Assembly (NCBI GenBank): GCA_964448115.1
Contig: CAYUVA010000028.1
Location: 1 to 56,486 of the forward strand
Direction: 5' to 3'
Length of the DNA: 56,486 nt
From: an uncultured bacterium
Lineage (GTDB): Bacteria; CAYUVA01
This document shows positions 9,179 to 18,216 of the stretch, in pieces. The translations under genes and the position numbers were made by a program. Every line of letters begins with the position of its first letter. Positions within the stretch are counted from its first letter, which is position 1. The notes beneath the pieces are model-generated. The model had not been told where the DNA came from. It did not search any database and worked only from the letters and a program-made list of their open reading frames with translations.

Positions 9179-9972
9179 AAAAGAGATTAAAGGTCTCGCC
9201 CTCGCTCAGGGAGAAAACCCGCAGGCACTACGACAGCTATCCTTTTGACATCGGCTTTTCATCAAACATAGAGCATCTCATGGACAAAAGACTCCTCGGA
9301 GAGCTATTGGACAAAGGCTTCCTGAGAGGCAAATCGGTGGCTGATATAGGCTGCGGAGTTGGTCGAGTTTTACGATATCTTGCATTACAAGGTGGATGTG
9401 AGCAGCTCATCGGTGCGGATTTATCTATTGCGAGCCTGAGGCGCATTGCGAAGGATTCAGCCCATAGCCTGGTCAACGCAGATAATCTTCATCTTCCCTT
9501 TAAGGACTTTGCTTTTGACATGGTTATTTCCATCGGCGTCATACATCATACGCCAGATGCGAGGGCAGCCTTTGATGAGCTGTGCCGTATAGTCAAGCCT
9601 GGCGGGCATATTTACCTGTCAGTCTATCATCGGTATGGGCTTTATTATTACCTTTTTAATACGCTGGGGAAGCTGTGTTGCTGGCTGGATAGAACCACCC
9701 GGGGAAGGCTAATATTGCAGTATATTTTCCTGCCAATCTATTACCTGCTGGTCTTTTTGCCGATGATGCTGATCTCGACCGGCAGCATCAAGTACGGGAT
9801 GGACAAGGCGATGAACCTCTTTGCGGACCAGTACCTGACACCGCAGGCTGTCTTCCATACCAAGGGACAGATTATGGATTGGGCACAAGAAAAGCGCCTT
9901 CGGCTCCTTGAATTCAGGCGAGAGATGGGCTTAAAGACCATTACATTTCTCTTTGTTAAATCAGTCGAGTAA
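9118..9972 (+). CDS. Class I SAM-dependent methyltransferase
   Basis: VADIGCGVG motif I, LPFKDFAFDMV, GVIHH, VKPGG; start uncertain because the N-terminus is repeat-derived and Lys-rich. Confidence 0.85.
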   Translation: MMKVKRKNKRKNHAKTQRHKEKRLKVSPSLREKTRRHYDSYPFDIGFSSNIEHLMDKRLLGELLDKGFLRGKSVADIGCGVGRVLRYLALQGGCEQLIGADLSIASLRRIAKDSAHSLVNADNLHLPFKDFAFDMVISIGVIHHTPDARAAFDELCRIVKPGGHIYLSVYHRYGLYYYLFNTLGKLCCWLDRTTRGRLILQYIFLPIYYLLVFLPMMLISTGSIKYGMDKAMNLFADQYLTPQAVFHTKGQIMDWAQEKRLRLLEFRREMGLKTITFLFVKSVE

Positions 9973-9992
9973 AACATAAAAGCACTAGGACA

Positions 9993-11306
9993 GTGATAAT
10001 GCAAAAAAGGCATCCCGATCATCCTCTACCACCTTCCTCTCGGTGCCTTAGTGCCCTTGTGGTTTTACTGCTTCTTATCCTTACCTATATCCTGCCACCT
10101 GTCGCCGATGCTGCTGAGCTTAGGATAAGCGGCTATATCAAGAACTTCAATATTGCATTAGATATGCCCCCAGTCGAGGGGATGGAGGACCAAGCCGCCT
10201 CGGGAGTCTTCAGCAATCGTTTCAGAACCAGGATCTTTTGGCAGCCGTTGGGTAATATGAGCCTTGATGTTGCCTACGAGTTGATGCCCCGTGTCATGGG
10301 AGAAGATGCGACCTCGGCTATGGTTATACTAAAGCCAATGACCCAGGGCGGCTACCGAATATATGACCTGGAGCCTAATCTTTATCCATCAACCGGAGAG
10401 GCAAAAGGCAGCTTCTCCCTGGTGCAGAACCTGGACCGGCTAAAGGTTACTTTATGCTTTGGCTTCGGTGATATCTACCTGGGAAGGCAGCCGATAGCCT
10501 TCGGCTCAGCCAGGGCGGTCAATCCAACTGATGTCTTGGCACCGTTCGCCTATCAGGAGCTGGACAAGGAGGAGCGATACGGAGTAGATGGACTGAGGCT
10601 CAGGGTGCCGCTCGGGATGATGTCCGAGCTTGATGTCGGCGCGGTATTTGGCGATGAGTTTCATATAAAAAGAAGCGCCGGCTTTGTCAGGCTCAAGGGG
10701 TACGCCTGGCAAACTGACCTTTGCTTGATCGCCACGGCATTCAAGGAGAATCTTCTTCTCGGCTTGGATGTTGCCAGAGCCATAGGTGGCGCAGGGACTT
10801 GGATAGAGGCTGCTTACACGATGCCTAATGCCCTGAAGAACGATAATACCGACAATCAGAGCGAAGAATATTGGCGAGCCTCAACTGGTGTGGATTACAA
10901 TCTTGCTGACGGGCTGTATGGTTTTCTGGAGTATCATTATAGCGGGGCTGGCAGCGAGCAGCCGGCTGACTATCTAAACAACGCAGAAACTGTTGCCCAT
11001 AGCGAGGGCGGGGTCTATTTGCTTGGTCGCCATTACCTGGTTCCGGGACTGATGTATCAGGTTACATCCCTATTGATACTGTTACCGCAGGTGCTTTTTA
11101 ATATCGAGGATGGTTCTTGCCTGGCATCAGCACGGCTGGAGTATAACATCAAGAGCGATGTTTACCTTGAGGCAGGGGCATTTGTGGGGCTGGGTAAGGA
11201 TGCGCGCCTTGCTGGCAATGATGGCAGCACCATAACGATAGTTCCTGGCAGCGAGTTCGGCTTGTACCCCTCATTTTATTTCACCTCGATTAGGGTCTAT
11301 TTTTAG
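9993..11306 (+). CDS. Putative outer-membrane beta-barrel protein
   Basis: Signal peptide ending ADA/A; LDRL, LGRQPIAFG, NPTD, E.RYGVDG motifs; alternating beta strands; C-terminal Phe (RVYF). Confidence 0.65.
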   Translation: MIMQKRHPDHPLPPSSRCLSALVVLLLLILTYILPPVADAAELRISGYIKNFNIALDMPPVEGMEDQAASGVFSNRFRTRIFWQPLGNMSLDVAYELMPRVMGEDATSAMVILKPMTQGGYRIYDLEPNLYPSTGEAKGSFSLVQNLDRLKVTLCFGFGDIYLGRQPIAFGSARAVNPTDVLAPFAYQELDKEERYGVDGLRLRVPLGMMSELDVGAVFGDEFHIKRSAGFVRLKGYAWQTDLCLIATAFKENLLLGLDVARAIGGAGTWIEAAYTMPNALKNDNTDNQSEEYWRASTGVDYNLADGLYGFLEYHYSGAGSEQPADYLNNAETVAHSEGGVYLLGRHYLVPGLMYQVTSLLILLPQVLFNIEDGSCLASARLEYNIKSDVYLEAGAFVGLGKDARLAGNDGSTITIVPGSEFGLYPSFYFTSIRVYF

Positions 11307-11355
11307 CGACTGAAAAATGCGCCTCTCAGAAGCATGGAAAAGCCTTGAGGGCTTT

Positions 11356-11423
11356 AACCCACCAAGGCACGAAGAGACAAAGAGAGAAAATCATTCCTTT
11401 GCGTTCTTTGCGTCTTTGCGTGA
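11356..11423. repeat. Dispersed repeat pair between convergent genes
   Basis: Forward AACCCACCAAGGCACGAAG and inverted CTTTGCGTTCTTTGCGTCTTTGCGTGA (reverse complement of TCACGCAAAGACGCAAAGAACGCAAAG). Confidence 0.8.
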
Positions 11424-11441
11424 GAATTCTTTCTTCGCACT

Positions 11442-12479
11442 TTATGCAAGCAGTGTGGCAATAACTCGCTGCCAGGTGAATTGGCGAATCGATTCCCTGC
11501 CTGCATTGCCCATCGATCCTGCTAATCTACTGTCGGAGACTATGCGAGCCAGTGCCTCTGAGATGCTCTGCGGATCTGGCATTGCAACTGCGCCGGTCTT
11601 GCCCTCGATGACCAGCTCGGTGGGAGCGCCGCTATCGGTAAGCGTAATCACCGGCTTGGCAAAGGCAAACGCCTCCAAGGGCACCAGACCCATGTCCTCC
11701 AGCCTTGCACCGTAATAGACAGCCAGAGCATTGCTATAAAGCTCCACCAGCTTATCCTTATCCACGCTGCCGATGAAGTTTACTTTATGCGAGATGCCGA
11801 GCTTATCTGCCTGTTTTTGCAGTGTCTTCCTCTGCTCTCCATCGCCGGCGATGACCAGGTCAACCCTTGGCTCTTCAAGTCTGGCATAAGCAGCCAAGAG
11901 CAGGTCGATGCGTTTAAGTGTGGTGAGCCTTCCCACGCTGAGGATATAATCTCCGTACTCGATCGCTTGTGTTGTGGGCTGGACAAGCGGTGGCGGATAG
12001 AGCACCTCGGCATCGAAGCGACCCCAGCGCTTCAGCCTTGCTGCAATATATCTCGACTGGGCGAGTAGTCTGACCCTGCGTAAGAAATAGCTATCGAGGC
12101 GCCAGAAACCAGCTCGTCTTATCCTTTCCTTTATACGAGAATAGTGATTAGGGAGCGAGGCATAGAACTGCTCCCAGAGATCATAATACTCACGGATGCG
12201 GTGGTTGAGCCAGCAGACATGGTTGGGATGCCTTACGCAGTAACTTGGAAAGCGCATGGAGATGACCAGATCGACTGGTTCATCATACCCGGTCAAGCCT
12301 ACATCGGTCATGCGAGCGCTTATATAATTGCCCAGGTAGCTTCCGAAGCGATTGACCGGGATATATAAAAGGTCTGCCTTGTGCCCGGCGAGCTTTAGCC
12401 TCTCCACAAGCTGTTGGCAGAGGATCTCGTTGCCGCCGTAAATGAAGGGAAGCCTGCCGGTTACAACCAGGATATTCAT
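11442..12479 (-). CDS. Glycosyltransferase family 4
   Basis: GGNE near N-terminus, VGRLTTLKR, EDMGLVPLEA; ATG at 12479 preferred because it lies just after the ispE stop. Confidence 0.9.
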   Translation of the reverse strand: MNILVVTGRLPFIYGGNEILCQQLVERLKLAGHKADLLYIPVNRFGSYLGNYISARMTDVGLTGYDEPVDLVISMRFPSYCVRHPNHVCWLNHRIREYYDLWEQFYASLPNHYSRIKERIRRAGFWRLDSYFLRRVRLLAQSRYIAARLKRWGRFDAEVLYPPPLVQPTTQAIEYGDYILSVGRLTTLKRIDLLLAAYARLEEPRVDLVIAGDGEQRKTLQKQADKLGISHKVNFIGSVDKDKLVELYSNALAVYYGARLEDMGLVPLEAFAFAKPVITLTDSGAPTELVIEGKTGAVAMPDPQSISEALARIVSDSRLAGSMGNAGRESIRQFTWQRVIATLLA

Positions 12480-12483
12480 GCCC

Positions 12484-13419
12484 TTAGCCAGTGGAACTTG
12501 ATGTATCAATACGAGTTATTCGATGTGAAAGCCTGCGAGTGAATGTATAATGTGCATTGATTCCCCGCTTTGCGAACCTGCGAGCCACCATTTTTGCCTG
12601 ACCTTTGTTCCCGAACATACCAAATACCGAGGATCCACTTCCGCAAAGCATGGCTGCATAAGCCCCTTGTTCGATAAGCTCGCGCTTTAATGACCATAAA
12701 TATGGCAAAAGTTTCAGGGCACACTCCTCAAGGTCATTATGCAGGCAGTTGGCAATAGATCCAGGATCGCTTGTTTTTCTAAGCACTTCAGCCATCAGCT
12801 CACATCTTTGTCCCATGGTATCCTTGTCGGTTCTTTTCTTCTCATATCGTTTGAATACCTTGATAGTGTATAGCGGTCTATCTGGCATCACTATCACCAG
12901 GTGAAGCGTGGGTATGGGGAGTTCTTCGCGCAGCACATCTCCTCTATCGGTCATCCAGGAGCATCCTTTAGTGAAGAAAAAGGGGACATCGCAGCCGAGC
13001 TGTCTTGCTATATGTATCAGGGTTCGCTTCTTAAGGCGAAGATCCCAGATCCTATTTAAGGCGATGAGCAGGCTGGCAGCAGCCGATGAGGAACCTCCCA
13101 ATCCGCCACCGATGGGCAATATCTTTTCAGTAACATCCAATACGAGACTGATGTCCTTATTGGAATATTCTATCCCCTTCTGTATTGCCTGGTGGAGGAT
13201 ATTAAATGCCTTCCTGGGCTCATGGACTTCGTCCTCGTAATAAGATACTAGAGAACTCCCCTGTACATCATACACTGGTGCAAATCGGTACCTGTCATGA
13301 AGATCAAGACCTACCATCACTGTCTCTACATGGTGATACCCGGTATCATCCATGTAATCACCGACCTCGAGAACGAGGTTCAGCTTAGCCCGTGCCTTGA
13401 AGCCATAGATTATTGACAT
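12484..13419 (-). CDS. ispE: 4-diphosphocytidyl-2-C-methyl-D-erythritol kinase
   Basis: AKLNLVL, GHMP motif PIGGGLGGSSS, LGCDVPFF, LHNDLE, MLCGSGSSVFG. Confidence 0.85.
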   Translation of the reverse strand: MSIIYGFKARAKLNLVLEVGDYMDDTGYHHVETVMVGLDLHDRYRFAPVYDVQGSSLVSYYEDEVHEPRKAFNILHQAIQKGIEYSNKDISLVLDVTEKILPIGGGLGGSSSAAASLLIALNRIWDLRLKKRTLIHIARQLGCDVPFFFTKGCSWMTDRGDVLREELPIPTLHLVIVMPDRPLYTIKVFKRYEKKRTDKDTMGQRCELMAEVLRKTSDPGSIANCLHNDLEECALKLLPYLWSLKRELIEQGAYAAMLCGSGSSVFGMFGNKGQAKMVARRFAKRGINAHYTFTRRLSHRITRIDTSSSTG

Positions 13420-13527
13420 CTGAAGCTGTCCATATTGAAATTCGTATCTATTTAAGTAAACTAGAAAGGATAAGGCAAGTAAGCTGATAATGGTTGTAAA
13501 AGTCGATGATTATCAGGAGATAGCGAG

Positions 13528-14928
13528 ATGGCAAGGCTGAACGAGAACATCTTTCGCATGTACGATATCAGGGGCGAGGTCGATATAGACCTGGATAAGG
13601 AAATAATGCGCCTTATAGGCAGGGCATTTGGAACCGTTACCAGGCGTAAAAAGGGTAAAACAGTGATCATCGCCCATGACTGTCGCCATACATCCAGGCA
13701 ATACGCCGATGCAGTGATAGATGGACTGCGCTCTACCGGCTGCGATGTAACCGACCTTGGTCTTTTGCCTACGCCGGGACTTTATTATGGAGGTGTGCTA
13801 CTCAAGCCGGATGCAGCCGCCATGATCACCGCCTCTCATAATCCTATGGGATTCAACGGCATCAAGATGAGCCTATTCGGTGATTTTTTATTAGGCGATG
13901 AGATCAAACAACTCTATCAGCTCATCGCAAATAACGACTTCGAGAGCGGTAATGGCTCCCTATCCGAGCGTGATATTAGGAGAGAATACACCGAGATGCT
14001 GGTGGAGAAGACCAGGCTTGATAGCGGATCGATCAAGGTGGTCATCGACGCGGGCAACGGCATGGCTTCCGAGATAGCTCCCAAGGTAATGAGGGCTATC
14101 GGCGCCGAGGTGATCGAGCTTTTCTGCGAATACGATGGATCATTCCCCAATCACCATCCGGACCCGACGGTGGATGAGTACATCGAGACCATGCGGGAAA
14201 CGGTCATGTCCGAGAAGGCGGATCTGGGGATCGGCTACGATGGCGATAGCGACCGAATAGGTGTCTGCGATGCCAAAGGAAACATTATCCGTGGCGATAA
14301 ACTGCTAGCCTTGTTTTGTAAGGATCTACTCACTCGCAAGCCGGATCTTAATAACAAAAAGATCATCTTTGATGTAAAGTGTTCCCGCATGGTTCCCCAA
14401 TATATAATCAAATACGGGGGAGAGCCGATCATGTATAAGACCGGGCATTCGTTGATTAAAAAAAGGATGAAGCAGCTCGGATGCCCCATTTCAGGGGAGA
14501 TGAGCGGTCATATCTTCTTCAAGGAGGACTTCTTCGGCTATGATGATGCCATCTATGCAAGCGCGCTGTTGCTCAAGATACTGACCGACAATGGCACCGA
14601 CCTGGAAGATTACCTTTCAGATTACATAGATTATCCCTCAACGCCAGAACTTAAAGCGCCAACCCCCGATGATGTGAAATTCGAGGTGGTGGAGAGGATG
14701 AGGAAATATTATGCCAATAAAGGCTTCGAGATTATCGATCTCGATGGCGTGAGGGTGGAGATGCCTCAAGGATGGGGACTGATTCGCTGCTCGAACACGA
14801 CGCCGGTGCTCGTGCTTCGCATGGAAGGGGAGACCGACGAAGCACTGGAGCGGATAAAGTCGATGATTTTCGAGGATATCAGTAAGATGGCGCCTGAAGT
14901 TGACATCGATAGCGTAATGAAGGCTTGA
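13528..14928 (+). CDS. Phosphomannomutase/phosphoglucomutase (AlgC-like)
   Basis: IFRMYDIRG, TASHNP, DGDSDR, GEMSGH, RCSNT. Confidence 0.95.
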   Translation: MARLNENIFRMYDIRGEVDIDLDKEIMRLIGRAFGTVTRRKKGKTVIIAHDCRHTSRQYADAVIDGLRSTGCDVTDLGLLPTPGLYYGGVLLKPDAAAMITASHNPMGFNGIKMSLFGDFLLGDEIKQLYQLIANNDFESGNGSLSERDIRREYTEMLVEKTRLDSGSIKVVIDAGNGMASEIAPKVMRAIGAEVIELFCEYDGSFPNHHPDPTVDEYIETMRETVMSEKADLGIGYDGDSDRIGVCDAKGNIIRGDKLLALFCKDLLTRKPDLNNKKIIFDVKCSRMVPQYIIKYGGEPIMYKTGHSLIKKRMKQLGCPISGEMSGHIFFKEDFFGYDDAIYASALLLKILTDNGTDLEDYLSDYIDYPSTPELKAPTPDDVKFEVVERMRKYYANKGFEIIDLDGVRVEMPQGWGLIRCSNTTPVLVLRMEGETDEALERIKSMIFEDISKMAPEVDIDSVMKA

Positions 14929-14940
14929 GGCGTGAGAGTT

Positions 14941-15100
14941 GTTGAACCACAAAGGCATAAAGACACGAAGAAAAAACCCCATTCAAAGACGCTTAAGGTG
15001 CAAAGAATGCAAGGAAAAGAGAAAGTGTGAGGCGCTAGGTGCGAGGGAGAATATCATTTAATGCTAAATTAACTAAAGACTAGAGACTAAAGACCAAAGT
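14941..15100 (+). repeat. Intergenic repeat-rich stretch
   Basis: TTGAACCACAAAGGCATAAAGACACGAAG followed by CAAAG units and heptamers CTAAAGA/CTAGAGA. Confidence 0.6.
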
Positions 15101-15129
15101 GTTCTTTTTGCACTAAGGGGAATAAGTAG

Positions 15130-16416
15130 ATAGGGATAAACGCTGAATATAACGGCTTAAACAACACTGCTCAGCGGTTCATTATTTGCCTGCTGGTCAT
15201 TTCATCACTGGGGACTTTTCTCTTTTACAGCGTCTATCTGCCACTGTTCACCGATCGCTTCGATTTCGCCTCCACCTACCAGGCGGGGATAAAGCTGCTA
15301 AAGGGCGAGTTCATCTACGCCGACTACTATCGCTACGCCAACCTGGATGCGGCAAGCTACGATGGGCACTTCGAGTTTTTTCTGTACCCGCCGCTGATGG
15401 CTATTATGTTCAGCGCTTTCACCGTTCTGTCCGAGTCAACAGCTAGCCTTGCCTGGCATATAATCAATCAACTGCTGACCATAGCCTCGTTTTTTTTAAT
15501 TTTAAGGCTTTTACCGGGCAAGCTAACTCCGCTTCGTCAAGCGGTCGCCTGTTTCTCATTCTTTTCATTTTTCCCGCTGGCTAATAATTCTATTTTCGGT
15601 AATTATGATTCGCTGATTTTACTGCTGGTAGCACTGGCACTATATGTGTACCAAAGGGGGAATGAGTATCACTGCGGAGCACTGCTGGCTCTGGGGACTA
15701 TGCTCAAGGTGTTCCCTGGATTCTTGATATTCTACTTTATTATCAAGCGCCGGTGGCGAGTTCTGCTGGCTTCTTTTATAACTGGAGCCGTTTTATTTGC
15801 CGCCACCCTTATTTATATTCCCTTTAATCGGCAGATGGAGTATTTATATATGATAACTCACCTAAAGGTGGTCGATGCCTCGCCTTTGAACCAGTCGTTG
15901 GTAGGCTTTTTTACTCGCCTGCTCACTTATGATGAGATCTTCACCGCTGGCCTAGCGAACCTTCCTTGGCTGGCGGATATTTTTATCATCCTGGGCAGAT
16001 TGCTTTTCATCGGGTTGTTTTGCTTGCTATGCCTTAGAAGCAGTGGAAATGCCGATGCCATCAAGATGGAATATGGTCTTGGGATCGTAACCCTGCTTAT
16101 AGTGGCCAATTTTACCGACAATCATCATATCAGCCTTGCCATCATTCCATTCATTTTGTTATTTGACCGCTATCTGCTGGGGCACGCTGATAATTCATCC
16201 ATTTACTGGGCTTTGGGGGCTTATGCGGTGCTTTGCAGCTTCATTCCGCTGAGCTTCATCAGAGTGGTCAACTTCGGCAAGTTCCAGCAGCTACTGGTCG
16301 GATGGAAGGTGGTCTTTTTATCAATCGACCTGTATGCTCTGATTGTGTTGTGGGTTATCACTTTTCAATGGCTCCAGCGTGAAGGGATGACTAATCGTAC
16401 AGGCTCAAAGCGATAG
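15130..16416 (+). CDS. GT87/DUF2029-like membrane glycosyltransferase (GT-C); start probably upstream of the ORF-track ATG at 15397
   Basis: Frame is open from 15130 and encodes a TM helix, DFASTYQAG and FLYPP before the ATG; downstream GNYD, LKVFPG and NQSL motifs with many TM helices. Confidence 0.75.
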   Translation: MGINAEYNGLNNTAQRFIICLLVISSLGTFLFYSVYLPLFTDRFDFASTYQAGIKLLKGEFIYADYYRYANLDAASYDGHFEFFLYPPLMAIMFSAFTVLSESTASLAWHIINQLLTIASFFLILRLLPGKLTPLRQAVACFSFFSFFPLANNSIFGNYDSLILLLVALALYVYQRGNEYHCGALLALGTMLKVFPGFLIFYFIIKRRWRVLLASFITGAVLFAATLIYIPFNRQMEYLYMITHLKVVDASPLNQSLVGFFTRLLTYDEIFTAGLANLPWLADIFIILGRLLFIGLFCLLCLRSSGNADAIKMEYGLGIVTLLIVANFTDNHHISLAIIPFILLFDRYLLGHADNSSIYWALGAYAVLCSFIPLSFIRVVNFGKFQQLLVGWKVVFLSIDLYALIVLWVITFQWLQREGMTNRTGSKR

Positions 16417-16724
16417 ACATCAGAACATGTCATCCCGGCTCGGTTGGAATGACATGGAGTGGCATCACTGGCATCAATCACCAGACATCTGTCTGGTTCT
16501 GGAGAACAGGACAATTTTCGACCAGTTCGAGAGGCATGAAAATTCTGACGCGCCCAATTGGGTGATCTTTCTAGGTGAGTAACCTAGGCAAGTTTTAGGA
16601 AATTATAGATAACATAGATAATAAGTTTCTCTACCCTCGTACTATTTCTTTTGTTCTGCTGTTGAACTTGTAACCTTGACGAATGTTTAGTTAAATTGAA
16701 GTTAGATCTTTTTCACTAATAGGA

Positions 16725-17198
16725 GTGTCATCGATGATTTCAGGGAAAAAAATAGAAACCTGTTGTAGAGGAGGATTTACCCTCATCGAGATAATGGTCG
16801 TGGTGGTGATCATCGGTATCCTTGCCGGCCTAGTGGTTCCAAGGCTAATGGAGCGCCCCGAGCAAGCCAAGCGCGTAAAGGCTCGCGCTCAGATGGAGAA
16901 CATCGAGGCTGCCCTTAAGCTGTTCAAGCTGGACAACGGATTCTATCCTTCAACCGACCAAGGATTGGAGGCTCTGGTTCAAAAACCTACCGTGGGACAG
17001 ATACCAAGAAACTATCGCCAAGGGGGGTACCTTGAAAAAGGGATAGTACCGGTCGATCCCTGGGGAAATCCTTACATCTATTTATCACCGGGGATAAATA
17101 ATCGAGACTATGACCTGGTTTCTTATGGTGCTGATGGAGAACCCGGGGGCAAAGACAAGAACGCGGACATAGAAAGCTGGAATCCGCAGGGAAAATGA
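16725..17198 (+). CDS. gspG: Type II secretion major pseudopilin
   Basis: [15 protein letters not shown] prepilin motif; [29 protein letters not shown]. Confidence 0.95.
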   Translation: MSSMISGKKIETCCRGGFTLIEIMVVVVIIGILAGLVVPRLMERPEQAKRVKARAQMENIEAALKLFKLDNGFYPSTDQGLEALVQKPTVGQIPRNYRQGGYLEKGIVPVDPWGNPYIYLSPGINNRDYDLVSYGADGEPGGKDKNADIESWNPQGK

Positions 17199-17219
17199 TT
17201 ATAGGCTTGAGGATTGAGG

Positions 17220-17804
17220 ATGCCGAATGAAGGAAAAAATGCTTGGATGACGATCAAGTTTTTTCCCCATAATGAGCAAGGCTTCACATTCCTTGAGATA
17301 TCCCTAGTAGTGCTGATATTCGGTATGGTTCTGTTCTTTGCTGCACCTCGAATAAGCCTGCTACTTGAGGGAGATATTTCATCAGTCCATAAAGACCTCA
17401 TAGCCCTCTCCACATATCTTCGAGACGAGGCGATGAGCAAAAGACATCTTTACCGTATCGCAATTGATATCGAAAATAGCAGATACTGGGTGGAGATCCT
17501 TAAAGGACGCATCTTCGAGAAAGATGAGAAAGCACTCTCCAAAGAAGGTAATCTAGGGGATGAGCTACGCATACTTGATCTGCAATATAGCGATGGGCAA
17601 AGGATAACTGAAGATAACGGCTATATCTACTATTATCCGACTGGCTTCATGGAACCTGTTATCTTGCATTTAGAGCATACAAGTAAAAAGCGATACTCGC
17701 TGATCTTCCACCCATTGACTGCCGAGATTAACTTAGAGGAAGGATATATGGAAATGCGTTATGAGGAGCACTTCGGCGACAATGAAAAAATCAGGAATAA
17801 CTGA
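17220..17804 (+). CDS. Minor pseudopilin, GspH-like
   Basis: GFTFLEI prepilin motif; position after gspG; start could be 17214, 17220 or 17247. Confidence 0.75.
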   Translation: MPNEGKNAWMTIKFFPHNEQGFTFLEISLVVLIFGMVLFFAAPRISLLLEGDISSVHKDLIALSTYLRDEAMSKRHLYRIAIDIENSRYWVEILKGRIFEKDEKALSKEGNLGDELRILDLQYSDGQRITEDNGYIYYYPTGFMEPVILHLEHTSKKRYSLIFHPLTAEINLEEGYMEMRYEEHFGDNEKIRNN

Positions 17805-18153
17805 TGGCTTCACGCTACTTGAGGTAATGGTTGCCCTTGCCATCCTCTCTATTGCATTGGTTTCCATTCTAGGCTTACAAGCAAGGTGCATAGATCTGGA
17901 GGCTGAGGTTAGAATGAGAATTACCGCTATTTGCCTTGCAAATCAACTAATGGCAGAGACAGAGATGGCTAAGGATCCCAGTGCTGGAGAAAAAAAGGGG
18001 GACTTCGGGGAGCAATATCCTGAGTTTATCTGGGAGAAGGAGGTTTATCCGATGCCTTTACCGGGCTTGCTGGAGGTGCACATAATTGTCCATACAAAGG
18101 ATGAAATCTTCCCAGTGAAGATAGAACTTGTGCAGGTCTTTATCACGATATGA
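17782..18153 (+). CDS. gspI: Minor pseudopilin GspI
   Basis: GFTLLEVMVALAI; about 125 aa; position in the cluster. Confidence 0.8.
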   Translation: MKKSGITDGFTLLEVMVALAILSIALVSILGLQARCIDLEAEVRMRITAICLANQLMAETEMAKDPSAGEKKGDFGEQYPEFIWEKEVYPMPLPGLLEVHIIVHTKDEIFPVKIELVQVFITI

Positions 18154-18216
18154 AAAATGGTTACCGACAAAGATTCCCTAACCGTTGTATCATCCTGATC
18201 TTATATGGATCAGCAC

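Noticed and set aside
11317-11715. 132-aa plus-strand ORF
   Set aside because: Made of the intergenic repeat plus the antisense strand of the GT4 gene
15186-15446. 86-aa ORF suggesting a frameshifted GT87 N-terminus
   Set aside because: The family motifs are in the same frame as the main ORF, so no frameshift is needed
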